Shown here piece after piece: positions 1 through 8,944 of a stretch of 32,000 nucleotides of DNA. Within the stretch, counting starts at the first letter, position 1. The number at the start of each line of letters is the position of its first letter. Below the pieces are notes generated by a model. That model saw only the letters and a program-made list of their open reading frames with translations, had not been told where the DNA came from and did no database searches. The position numbers and the translations under genes are program-made. The DNA is from Candidatus Heimdallarchaeota archaeon B3_Heim. GTDB lineage: Archaea; Asgardarchaeota; Heimdallarchaeia; Hodarchaeales; Hodarchaeaceae. The stretch covers positions 3,580 to 35,579 of the forward strand of contig NJBF01000038.1 of NCBI GenBank assembly GCA_003144275.1, written 5' to 3'.

Positions 1-672
1 AGGGTTACAAACGACTACATTGAATTTACTATAGATATAAATACTTCTTCTGTATTCAAAATAAATACTACATCAGGTGAGATCATAGAACCTTCTCTAT
101 CAGGTGAGGTCAACGAACCTTCTTCAGATCAAAATCAAAGTTCTATTACTGATCTAGGATACTATGGAATCTATCCTAATTTTACAGAAATTATCACTCA
201 ATCCAAGATAGAATTTGCAAATAATACACTTCTTCACCATTCCCTCTATATATCTCAAGCTCTTATGCGTTTGGAAGGACAACCAGTCGTAATTCCAGTA
301 TCAGGATTACTAATAGAAGGGGCAAATTTTACTAAAATTGATTTCTATAATTATACTTCCGGAATGAACGAAACAACCTGGCAATGGCAAAACTTTACCT
401 TGACAATTGAAGTCCATACCCCGACCGGTATTTTAATTAATACAATGATATCTGTATTTGGTGGACTGCTCTTTATGGATCTAATAATGCCTCCATATCA
501 AGGATTTGGAACCCTTTTACAAGCTGTTGATTCTTCTGGGATATTTGAGGTGAGTAATAAAATAGATACTTCTCCCAGTTCGAGCACAACGGGCTTTTTG
601 ATAAGTGTAAGTATCTTTCCCTTCATAATACTGATTTTAATCAATCGAAAACTCAAAAAGAAAATTATTTAA
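1..672 (+). CDS. 5'-truncated secreted/surface protein with a C-terminal membrane anchor
   Basis: Frame 1 is open from base 1 to TAA at 670-672, so the 265..672 ORF is only its tail. It is Ser/Thr/Asn-rich and ends in a hydrophobic helix plus basic tail (FLISVSIFPFIILILINRKLKKKII). Short internal duplication SGEIIEPS/SGEVNEPS at about 73-123. Confidence 0.7.
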   Translation, partial: RVTNDYIEFTIDINTSSVFKINTTSGEIIEPSLSGEVNEPSSDQNQSSITDLGYYGIYPNFTEIITQSKIEFANNTLLHHSLYISQALMRLEGQPVVIPVSGLLIEGANFTKIDFYNYTSGMNETTWQWQNFTLTIEVHTPTGILINTMISVFGGLLFMDLIMPPYQGFGTLLQAVDSSGIFEVSNKIDTSPSSSTTGFLISVSIFPFIILILINRKLKKKII

Positions 673-1115
673 CATACATTATCGGCTATCATATCTATCA
701 ACCAATCGAGATAAGCAGCCAAGCTAATTATGTGGCCTGATTCACAGTATTCCAGATAATGTTTGAGGAGGCGATTGTGGCGGAGAACAAGCTGACCATT
801 ACAATACGCACAAAAGGGAATAGAACTGAAGACATATACTCCTAAGACAGGACTCCCCATTACATCAGGAGGATAGATCATATCTTCAAGCTCTAGGTAC
901 AAATGTGCGTCATCAACGAGTAATTCTTGGGGGGGCACGCGGTATATCGCCTTGCAATCCATACATTGAAATACTGCTTTTTCTTCTGGTTTATTCTGGA
1001 AGCTACTTTTTGGCTCAATAGAATGTGAAGGTTCCTTTATACTGGCATTTAGCTTCGTTATGAGGTCTTGCACCTCTGGCGTGTGGAAGTTTTTTATATT
1101 CATCGAATTCCTCAT
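669..1115 (-). CDS. Hypothetical protein with two CxxC pairs (putative Zn ribbon)
   Basis: 148-aa ORF with CMDC and CAYC motifs; stop overlaps the stop of the convergent upstream gene. Confidence 0.6.
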   Translation of the reverse strand: MRNSMNIKNFHTPEVQDLITKLNASIKEPSHSIEPKSSFQNKPEEKAVFQCMDCKAIYRVPPQELLVDDAHLYLELEDMIYPPDVMGSPVLGVYVFSSIPFCAYCNGQLVLRHNRLLKHYLEYCESGHIISLAAYLDWLIDMIADNVC

Positions 1116-1201
1116 CTAGCATAGTCGTTGAACCTTTTATACTTGAAAGGTCTCAGTATTATTAAATACCCAGTTTTTTTCCTCTATGAGGAGTTAATTC
1201 T

Positions 1202-2407
1202 ATGCGTGTATATATCATCCGCTTTACCTTCCCAAGAAATGTTTTTGAACTGTGTATGGATTTTGAGAAAAACTTCAACAATCTAGCAATGATTTTGGAG
1301 GAAAAAGATCTTGGAGATTCTCACGGTAACTTATTAGAGGCAAACTACTCTGATCTGGAATTTATACAACTTGAACAACAGTTGGGAGGCACAGGAATTT
1401 GGACTTTACCCAAAAGTGTATTACAGGGGGATATTCTCCTCTTCCAATATAGTCTAGGGAGTCGAAGACGCTTTTTACAGGTGAAAAAAGAACTCTACAT
1501 AAAAGGTTTAGATCAAAAATATGATTGGGCATCTCTTCAGTTGTTTGAATACTCAGGTATAATTGAGCAAGCTCGGGAATATGTAATAGCACAAGAAGAA
1601 ATTGTCCTCAAACACTGTGGGAAATATCTTGCCTCAGCAGTAGTTACTGGTTCCTCTTTTTATTATGTAGATGATTATGTACAACAGGGAGGACGTATCT
1701 TTGCCTCATATGGCCAGGTTCATCTCTTTGAAAATCCCCTTTCTGTTGTTGGTCCTACTTCATTGGTTAAAGAATTGCCTGAATTTGCCAGTCATGGTCC
1801 AGTGTCATTCCGTGTCTTCAAATCACAAAAGAATCTTGATTTTTTGTTAGAATGCTTAAGAAAAACGAATAACACACTCCCAGATTATCTTACTGGGATT
1901 GATTTGTCTCCATCACTAATGGGGACGAAAATTACCAAACATAATTGGCTTGATCTCTTACCTACGCTTCGAGGATTCCTTTACGAAGACCAAATGAGAT
2001 TTATGTTTACCGATTTCTTCCTAAAAGCGTTAGCAGATGGAAAAGTGTTTACTGAAAAAACCGTGGTGAAACCGAGATCCAAAGGAATAGTTGATTATAT
2101 TATCCAAATTGGGGATATCTTAATTCCGATAGAAATTAAACTCAACATCCAAACCGAGGCTGATTTTCTAGAGCAGATACTCAAATATACTGGCCCAGCG
2201 AAAATCCAATTAACCAATTCCGAGTCTATATCGTTAGAACACTCAGTTGTAGTAGCCATTGATCAGAATGGTGTGTATTTCTTAAAGGGTGGACATTTTG
2301 ATGGATGTTCTTCGTCCTTACCGATCCTTCCAATTAGCGAGATTACTCCACAGTCAATATTACAGCTAAGAAGGAAAATTAAGGATATATTAAATTTTCC
2401 CAAGTAA
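1202..2407 (+). CDS. Putative PD-(D/E)XK nuclease with a possible N-terminal EVE/PUA-like domain
   Basis: C-terminal FTDFFL...IVDYIIQIGDILIPIEIK (D..ExK) followed by EQILKY; N-terminal WTLPKSVLQGDILLFQY resembles EVE/PUA-like signatures. Confidence 0.55.
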   Translation: MRVYIIRFTFPRNVFELCMDFEKNFNNLAMILEEKDLGDSHGNLLEANYSDLEFIQLEQQLGGTGIWTLPKSVLQGDILLFQYSLGSRRRFLQVKKELYIKGLDQKYDWASLQLFEYSGIIEQAREYVIAQEEIVLKHCGKYLASAVVTGSSFYYVDDYVQQGGRIFASYGQVHLFENPLSVVGPTSLVKELPEFASHGPVSFRVFKSQKNLDFLLECLRKTNNTLPDYLTGIDLSPSLMGTKITKHNWLDLLPTLRGFLYEDQMRFMFTDFFLKALADGKVFTEKTVVKPRSKGIVDYIIQIGDILIPIEIKLNIQTEADFLEQILKYTGPAKIQLTNSESISLEHSVVVAIDQNGVYFLKGGHFDGCSSSLPILPISEITPQSILQLRRKIKDILNFPK

Positions 2408-2411
2408 GAAT

Positions 2412-2621
2412 TCATTCCATTATGATTGGTTCATTACAAATAGGACAACGCCCTTTTTGTCGGATCCATTCACCAAAATGACCTACATGAAATAATGTAG
2501 AACAGCTAGGACAATTTTTTTAAGAAGCCATCCCCCTTGGACCAGTTAGTTCTCAAGTAAGTTCTTGTTCTAAGGATAAGTGGTAAAAAACAAGTACATT
2601 TTTTCCGCACCAGTAATAGTG
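2412..2621 (-). pseudogene. Decayed RING-finger (C/H-rich) protein gene
   Basis: One minus-strand frame reads HYYWCGKNV...EQELT*ELTGPRGMAS*KNCPSCSTLFHVGHFGEWIRQKGRCPICNEPIIME*. In-frame stops at 2555-2553 and 2522-2520. Absent from the ORF track. Confidence 0.7.
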
Positions 2622-2740
2622 TTAAATTCCCTTCCATCTGATACCTGAATAATATCTTTTAGGTTTATAAATCACCAACTTTAATAATATCAGTTACTAA
2701 GACTCTAGTTGAGTCCGACTTGAGAATCCGAGATCAAAAA

Positions 2741-3577
2741 ATGTCAATTCATTATGAATCATATATATCGCGTCTACGGTCCATCTGGGAACGTTCTGAT
2801 AGTGAAAGAGAGCGAATCATTAATTTGATGAACTCTTTTTTTAATTTAAAGGGTTCTAATTCCTTAGTAAATCTACCACCTTGCTTTTTTAGTGGAAATA
2901 TTAAATCTCAAGGTAGAATTTTCCTACTGACTGCGAATCCAAAATTCACACCTATTAGTACTCCTAATGAAATAAAACAGCATGCCATGACAAAATCAAC
3001 CCGGTGGGATTTTACTAGATGGACAGATTACTGCTTAAATCGATTTCTAAAATACAAGAAAGAACAAGAAGTTCATCCAATATATAAAGAGGCAATAAAG
3101 GTAATTCTTGATTGTTCTTCAATAAAGGAATTAAGGAGAAAATTTGGTGATTCTCGAATTGTACTACAAAACAATTTAATTAATTTGGATTGGTGTCCAT
3201 ATTATTCATCTAGCTTTTCGTCATCCAAATTTCCGTTACAGATTTTGCATAAACAAAAGGCAGAATACGAAAATGTCAGTTCGGAAATCAGTTTATGGAA
3301 CGAATTATTATTAGATGCAATTTCCCTTAATCAACCAAAGTATGTCCTAGTGTTTGGTAAGAATTACGATTTCTGGCTACGATCAATAGCAGATATCGAT
3401 GATGAACCATTGGTTCGTAGTCATTCAACAGCCACTATCAATAAGGGATATTTTCGGAATAAATATCACACACCGTTAATTTACACAAATACTAGTCTAA
3501 GCGGATCAAATAAAGAATATATGCCTTTTATACGAAAAAGACTTCCAACGGTTTTAAACGCTCAGTTTAAGCCTTAG
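2741..3577 (+). CDS. Uracil-DNA glycosylase-like superfamily protein
   Basis: PPCFFSG...IFLLTANP, LDWCPYYS and QPKYVLVFGK match UDG-fold motifs. ATG 2741 preferred over TTG 2720. Confidence 0.5.
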   Translation: MSIHYESYISRLRSIWERSDSERERIINLMNSFFNLKGSNSLVNLPPCFFSGNIKSQGRIFLLTANPKFTPISTPNEIKQHAMTKSTRWDFTRWTDYCLNRFLKYKKEQEVHPIYKEAIKVILDCSSIKELRRKFGDSRIVLQNNLINLDWCPYYSSSFSSSKFPLQILHKQKAEYENVSSEISLWNELLLDAISLNQPKYVLVFGKNYDFWLRSIADIDDEPLVRSHSTATINKGYFRNKYHTPLIYTNTSLSGSNKEYMPFIRKRLPTVLNAQFKP

Positions 3578-3752
3578 TTTTTTGTCTTGATAATGCCGTT
3601 ATTGAGCTACTTTGGAGAGTCCTACTTACTAAGATAGGATTCCAAAGGCTACATACAGCTTCATAAGTCTGCGATTTTATGAATATATAAGGCATTTATC
3701 CTATCCTCATTGAATATTCCGTTAAAAGAAGATCGCAAAGAGGGGCTAAAAG

Positions 3753-6700
3753 ATGTCCACAGAAGAGGAAATGCCAGAAAAAGAAAAGAAAAAGGAACGA
3801 GAGGAACAAACAGAGGAGCAGAGAGAGATATTCACTGAAATAGAGGAAAAATTACTTGCTGAAGGCCCATACAACGATCAAACCATCGTTGAAGCGGAAA
3901 ATATGGAAATTTCCGAGTCATCCCCTCCGGAAGAGATTAATGAGAAGCCTATTGATGACCAAAAAGAGCAGAACATTGAGGATTATGCACTGCGGGAGAA
4001 TCAAAAGGAAGAAATCAAAAAGATAGAAGCTAGCTTAGTAACCATGGCAGAGGAAGGGTTTAACGATCAACAGGTAATTTATGAGGAGGAGAGAGAGGAA
4101 TCAACAAGTGAGCATGTTACATCCCAGAAGGAGCAGTTAGGGGAGCAGATAGAAGAGAATAATGAAAAAGTACAAGGAATTGAAGAAATTCCACTTACCC
4201 CAGAAAAAAATAGAGATCAAATTCAGGAGGAGGTGGAAACACCAAACGTTTTGGAGGTAGAAAGACGTGGAGAAGGTTTAGAAGAATTAGAGACAGTCGT
4301 ATCAACACAGGAACGCTTCACTGATCAACAAATTGTCTGGGAGGATGAAACGCAGAAAGATAGAGTTGTAAAGCTTAGGATCCAAGATAAATCAGATAAA
4401 AAAGATATTTTGTTTGAAAAGAACAGGAGAGAAGCAAATAAGGAGGATGAGAGGCGGTCGCAAAGCCAGATAGTACAGGAGGCTCGTGGACTAAGTAGAG
4501 AGGAAACAAAACAGAAAAATATCAAACAAAAATCAACACACAAAGAAGAAAACGATACTAGACTATCAGTAATTCAAAGTGGACAACAAGCAACCCAAAC
4601 AGGGACACACTCAGATCTTACAATCCTAGCAAGAGAGTGGAATCAATACATAACAAATGGAGGAAGAATAACAGTAGATATGTGGGAGATATATAACAAT
4701 ATACAGGAGAAGTACAATAAGCCAATTGTCTTGTACAAAGAAGATGAGGAAATAAATACCTATAGAATGAGCCCAAGTGGGAAATTGTTTTCCCAATTAG
4801 ATGCTAGTCTATTTAATGAACGATTAAGTAACCCCTCCAAACAAATTTCCAAATTACTTGATTATTGGTTAATCCAGAGAGGGAAAAAGGAAGGAATCAA
4901 ACCGTTTTTTGAAGTTACAATTGAGAATCCCAATACTAAAGAAATGGAAACATATTGGATTCCGAATGCGAGACAAAGGGTTTGGAACCCATATGAAGGG
5001 AAGGATCAGCGTTTTTTCTACGGCCCTCGTTCTGCTGGACGGATGATTACAAATTTCCTGACTGATAAGGTAAGATTATCTCAAAGCAACTTCAATGTGT
5101 ACTTAAAGTTGGAAGAGAATTTAAGAATGAAATTCCCTAAATTGGGTATTCAGACTGGAAATATGAGTTTTAACGGCCAGAAAATCTTGTTCAATACGTT
5201 TAATAGGTTAAAATATTCAAGAGAGGTGACAGAAGAAGTAATTCAACTGTTATTCTGGAAATATGTCGATTCACACTCCAAAAGATATATTCAGAATTCT
5301 TCTCTCAAAATATCAGAATTAGTGGAATACTGCAAAGAAAATGAAATTACAGGGAGAAAAAACATTACTCAGATGAAAATATTCGTTCCCAAATCTAATC
5401 CTGTTATTCTAAATAATACAATGGAAAATAAATTAAATAATGCAATGAATAAACCTTCGACTTCAGGTAGAAATAATGAGCTAACACACAAACCTAAGCT
5501 ACAAATTGTAACAAAACCGAAAGATACAGAGGCCTATATAAGTTCTAGACCCATTGTGAAAAACTTATTAACAACTCTTAAGATAATTGAGGATAATTTT
5601 GGAATAAATGGTCTTTCACCAGCATATAAACCACCTAAAAATCTTATCCTCAGTTATGATAATTCTAACAAGAATAAATTAATTATAAACGCAGAATCTG
5701 CTGATGATAAAGATCTAGCCCATTTTCTACTTGAAGGATTTCAATTGTCATCTAGAAGTAAGACCGCAAAAGGAGCCTTTTGGTTTGGAAAAATTATGCA
5801 TCCAATGAAAGGAAAAAGTAAAAATGAGTGGCACAAATTTACGAGCTTTTTGAAATCACGTTCTGAAAGAAAGATTGAGAATCATGATAAATGGTACTCT
5901 AGTAAACATGCGGGAGGAGAGAAAACTGTGAGAAGGAGAATAAATGTTGAAATCGATATTAACGGGTTTAAATTGCTAAAAGCAGAATTAATGGATAATG
6001 CGGTATCTCTGGCGAATGATAGCAGCCATAGAATATGGGTGAAACAGACTCGAGCTGATGCTAGAAGGAATAAAAATCCTACTGATGCACTTAAGCGGGC
6101 TGAGGAAAACATTCAATGGTGGAACAGCATTCGTACATTAGTACCAATTGGTTCTGAGAACTATCAAGAACAAGCATTATTGTATCTTATGAATATTAAA
6201 AAATCAGCCGATGAGAGTCTTGGTAGAACCATTATATCTCAGAAACTTACTAATATTGAATTTTCAAAAATAACACAGGAATTAGAACAAATTTCAATCA
6301 GAGAGGTGAAAGACGTAAAAACTTCTAAGTTAATGACATTGCATGAGGTGATCCCAGTTGAAGAGAGTCATCGTATAGGATCAATGGGATATGCCTTTGA
6401 TGTTTTTAACGAACATCTCGGTGCAAATATTGGTTTTAAGGCTCAATTAGCTTTTATGAACAAGTTTTGTCCTTCTCAAAGTCCACTAGCTGAATACTTG
6501 GGATTGGATAAGATTAAATTAAGGGGTTGTGAAATTGAATTAAAATGGGGTGATCGTAAAGGATATGCAAATACTGGTTTAAGCATGACTGACACTTTCG
6601 CTCCAGACGTAATCATAAAGGATAAATCAGGAAATCTGTTAGCTGTTATCCAACTGAAGGGTTATTCACAAACTAGAACTAGTATACAACCCAATGTTTC

Positions 6701-7271
6701 AGTAATCCAATTATTAGAACTTCTAAAATACAGAAAAAACCCAGCTATTAAAACAGCTTTAGTCAATGTTGATCAAATTGATGATTTCATAAGATATGAA
6801 TGGCTTGTATCTGCAAAATATCAAACTCAACAAACAGATCAAGTTATGGAAAGAATCAATCTTTTAAAAGATGGTTTCAGCAAACATCCTGAAATTGACC
6901 CTCTCATTCCTAAGAATTTGAGAAAAAGAGCATTTATCGAAGGTATTTATGAAAAAGCAATCGATGCAGACTCACAATATATATTTGAGAAAGAAATGGA
7001 CAATATAAAAACCCAGATTCATTCCTCCGAGGAAAATTTCAACCTATTTATCGGACAGAAGGGGAAAAATACAATAACTGACAAAGTAGTAGAAAATTAT
7101 ATTGGAGGCATTCAAGAGAAACTGCAAAAATTAATTAACCAGATAGGCCAACCTGATGGAATTGAGTCCATTGGGCAATTTAGGTATCATTGGGGGAAGA
7201 TTGTGACCTTGGATTATTATAGGAGAATTCAGAAGTATTTTCGGATTTTTCCCCAACAAGATAAAAAATGA
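3753..7271 (+). CDS. Large hypothetical protein: acidic low-complexity N-terminus, C-terminal PD-(D/E)XK-like motif
   Basis: 1172-aa ORF; first ~290 aa are E/Q/K-rich; FAPDVIIKDKSGNLLAVIQLKG at about 6597-6662. Confidence 0.6.
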   Translation: MSTEEEMPEKEKKKEREEQTEEQREIFTEIEEKLLAEGPYNDQTIVEAENMEISESSPPEEINEKPIDDQKEQNIEDYALRENQKEEIKKIEASLVTMAEEGFNDQQVIYEEEREESTSEHVTSQKEQLGEQIEENNEKVQGIEEIPLTPEKNRDQIQEEVETPNVLEVERRGEGLEELETVVSTQERFTDQQIVWEDETQKDRVVKLRIQDKSDKKDILFEKNRREANKEDERRSQSQIVQEARGLSREETKQKNIKQKSTHKEENDTRLSVIQSGQQATQTGTHSDLTILAREWNQYITNGGRITVDMWEIYNNIQEKYNKPIVLYKEDEEINTYRMSPSGKLFSQLDASLFNERLSNPSKQISKLLDYWLIQRGKKEGIKPFFEVTIENPNTKEMETYWIPNARQRVWNPYEGKDQRFFYGPRSAGRMITNFLTDKVRLSQSNFNVYLKLEENLRMKFPKLGIQTGNMSFNGQKILFNTFNRLKYSREVTEEVIQLLFWKYVDSHSKRYIQNSSLKISELVEYCKENEITGRKNITQMKIFVPKSNPVILNNTMENKLNNAMNKPSTSGRNNELTHKPKLQIVTKPKDTEAYISSRPIVKNLLTTLKIIEDNFGINGLSPAYKPPKNLILSYDNSNKNKLIINAESADDKDLAHFLLEGFQLSSRSKTAKGAFWFGKIMHPMKGKSKNEWHKFTSFLKSRSERKIENHDKWYSSKHAGGEKTVRRRINVEIDINGFKLLKAELMDNAVSLANDSSHRIWVKQTRADARRNKNPTDALKRAEENIQWWNSIRTLVPIGSENYQEQALLYLMNIKKSADESLGRTIISQKLTNIEFSKITQELEQISIREVKDVKTSKLMTLHEVIPVEESHRIGSMGYAFDVFNEHLGANIGFKAQLAFMNKFCPSQSPLAEYLGLDKIKLRGCEIELKWGDRKGYANTGLSMTDTFAPDVIIKDKSGNLLAVIQLKGYSQTRTSIQPNVSVIQLLELLKYRKNPAIKTALVNVDQIDDFIRYEWLVSAKYQTQQTDQVMERINLLKDGFSKHPEIDPLIPKNLRKRAFIEGIYEKAIDADSQYIFEKEMDNIKTQIHSSEENFNLFIGQKGKNTITDKVVENYIGGIQEKLQKLINQIGQPDGIESIGQFRYHWGKIVTLDYYRRIQKYFRIFPQQDKK

Positions 7272-7330
7272 GATAAACTTAACTTTGAGCTGAATATTTA
7301 CAAAAAATAAATTGTATGTGGAGAATAACA

Positions 7331-8548
7331 ATGGAATTAACATCTGAAGAACAAGAGATGGCGGCAGGGAAACATGGCAAAGCGGCTCAAACGGCCATGA
7401 ACATTTTAGTAACCTTGGGTGAAATTTACGGTGCGAAAAAACTTATTGATATTACCTCGGTTCAAATAGCTGGCGTAAGCTACGCAAATTTGAATGAACC
7501 CGGGTTAGCATGGTTAGAAGAAATGGCAAAAGACGGAAAAGTTAGAACTTTCACCACTTTAAATCCTGCTGGAAAACTTAATAGCTAGACAATAGCTATT
7601 AGGTCCAGAATGGATTTAGAGGAATGGCGTAAGTTAGCTATAAGTGAGGAGTTTGCAGAGAACCAGAAAAAGGTCGTAGAGGCATTTGGAGCCCTCGGAG
7701 TTATTACTACCTGCTCATGTACTCCCTACCTATATGGTAATCTTCCTGCATACGGCCAGAATATCGCATGGAGTGAAAGCTCTGCTGTTTGTTACGCTAA
7801 TTCTGTATTAGGTGCAAAATCCAATCGTGAAGGTGGACCAAGCGCCTTGAGTGCAGCACTTGTCGGAAAGACTCCTGAATATGGATTTCACCTTCATGAG
7901 AATCGTCAACCAGAAATCAAAGTCGATGTACAGTGTGATGTGAAGAGTACGTTTCGATTTGGTGCCTTAGGAAAAGTACTTGGAGATCGTTTCGGTAAAA
8001 AGATTACGTATATTGCTGGAATCTCCAAGGCTTCGGTTGAAGAGCTAAAATCATTTTGTGCCTCATATGCCACTTATGGTGGTGTTGCATTATTTCACAT
8101 GGAAGATATTACTCCGAATCGAGTTGATAAAATCCCTGATACGGTAGAAACTGTTACTGAGGATGATATGAAGAAGGCTCTTGGAGATTTAGACGATGAA
8201 ACCGAAATAGATTTCATCAGTTTGGGTTGTCCTCATGCTTCACTAAAGGAATTGGAATACATCGCCAAGAAATTGGAAGGAAAATCCATTAATCCAAAGA
8301 AAGAAGTATGGATCACCACTGCTCGACCAACTAAGCAAATCGCTGACCGAATGGGATTTACAAAACTAATTGAAGATTCTGGTGCCAAAGTTGCAGCAGA
8401 TACATGTTGTGTTGTAGCACCAATCAAAGGTCGATTTCACGGTTTAGCGTCTGATTCGGCGAAAATGTGTTATTATGGATCTGGACGCAACAAGTTCGCG
8501 GTAAAATTAATGTCAATGGATGAATGTCTAGAGGAGGCTTTATCATAA
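7331..8548 (+). CDS. acnX: Phosphomevalonate dehydratase large subunit (AcnX type II), interrupted by a 36-nt insertion; exons 7331-7574 and 7611-8548, 393 aa when joined
   Basis: ORFs 7316..7588 and 7610..8548 share a frame and are consecutive parts of one protein (MELTSEEQEM...TTLNPAG | MDLEEW...TCSCTPY...WSESSA...SLGCPH...ADTCCVV). GGAGA RBS precedes ATG 7331. Confidence 0.92.
7575..7610 (+). other. Putative archaeal bulge-helix-bulge/loop (EndA-type) mRNA intron, 36 nt
   Basis: Central helix CUGG 7569-7572 / CCAG 7605-7608; bulges AA^A (7573-7575) and AA^U (7609-7611); 12-bp intron stem 7576-7587/7593-7604 with GACAA loop; 10-bp exon stem 7557-7566/7612-7621. Contains an in-frame UAG (7586-7588). 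Removal gives GGA-AUG-GAU. Confidence 0.85.
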
Positions 8549-8937
8549 TGAAATTAACAGGTAGAAAAATTTTCAAAGGCAAAGCTTCTGGTGAGGCTTT
8601 AGTTACAAAGGATAGCATCTCATTTTATGGTGGGGTTGATCCAGAAAATGGTGTTGTCGTTGAAAAAGACCATGAATTAGAAGGTATCAATATCAATGAT
8701 AAAATTCTAGTTTTTCCTTCTGGTAAAGGATCTACAGTAGGATCTTACGTTATTTATCAAATGGCTATGACAGGAAAAGGGCCCAAAGCTTTAGTACTTA
8801 ATGATTGTGAAGCCATCGTTGCAGTAGGGACGATAATTTCGGAGCTTCCCTGTGTAGATCAAATAGATGTCACTAAAATCGAAACTGGAATGCAATTAAA
8901 CGTTGATGGTGAAAACGGTATAGTAGAGATACTTTAA
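8548..8937 (+). CDS. Phosphomevalonate dehydratase small subunit (AcnX swiveling domain, DUF126)
   Basis: GEALVTKDSISFYGGVDPENG...GKGSTVGSY motifs; TAATG stop/start overlap with the large subunit; GAGGAGG RBS at 8531-8537. Confidence 0.92.
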   Translation: MKLTGRKIFKGKASGEALVTKDSISFYGGVDPENGVVVEKDHELEGININDKILVFPSGKGSTVGSYVIYQMAMTGKGPKALVLNDCEAIVAVGTIISELPCVDQIDVTKIETGMQLNVDGENGIVEIL

Positions 8938-8944
8938 CATCTCT

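Noticed and set aside
2515-2560. Intron removing both stops of the RING remnant
   Set aside because: A weak hairpin (TTGAGAA/TTCTTAA) exists, but there is no 4-bp central helix with 3-nt bulges, and the first CxxC is also damaged.
7586-7588. Pyrrolysine or read-through decoding of the in-frame UAG in acnX
   Set aside because: Read-through would leave 12 foreign residues inside the conserved NPAG-MD motif. The UAG is buried in the stem. TAG is used as a normal stop elsewhere in the window (3575-3577, 25540-25542, PMK). The BHB geometry explains the insert exactly.
7316-7588. Independent 90-aa gene or pseudogene fragment upstream of 7610..8548
   Set aside because: It is the N-terminal quarter of AcnX in the same frame; it is better treated as exon 1.
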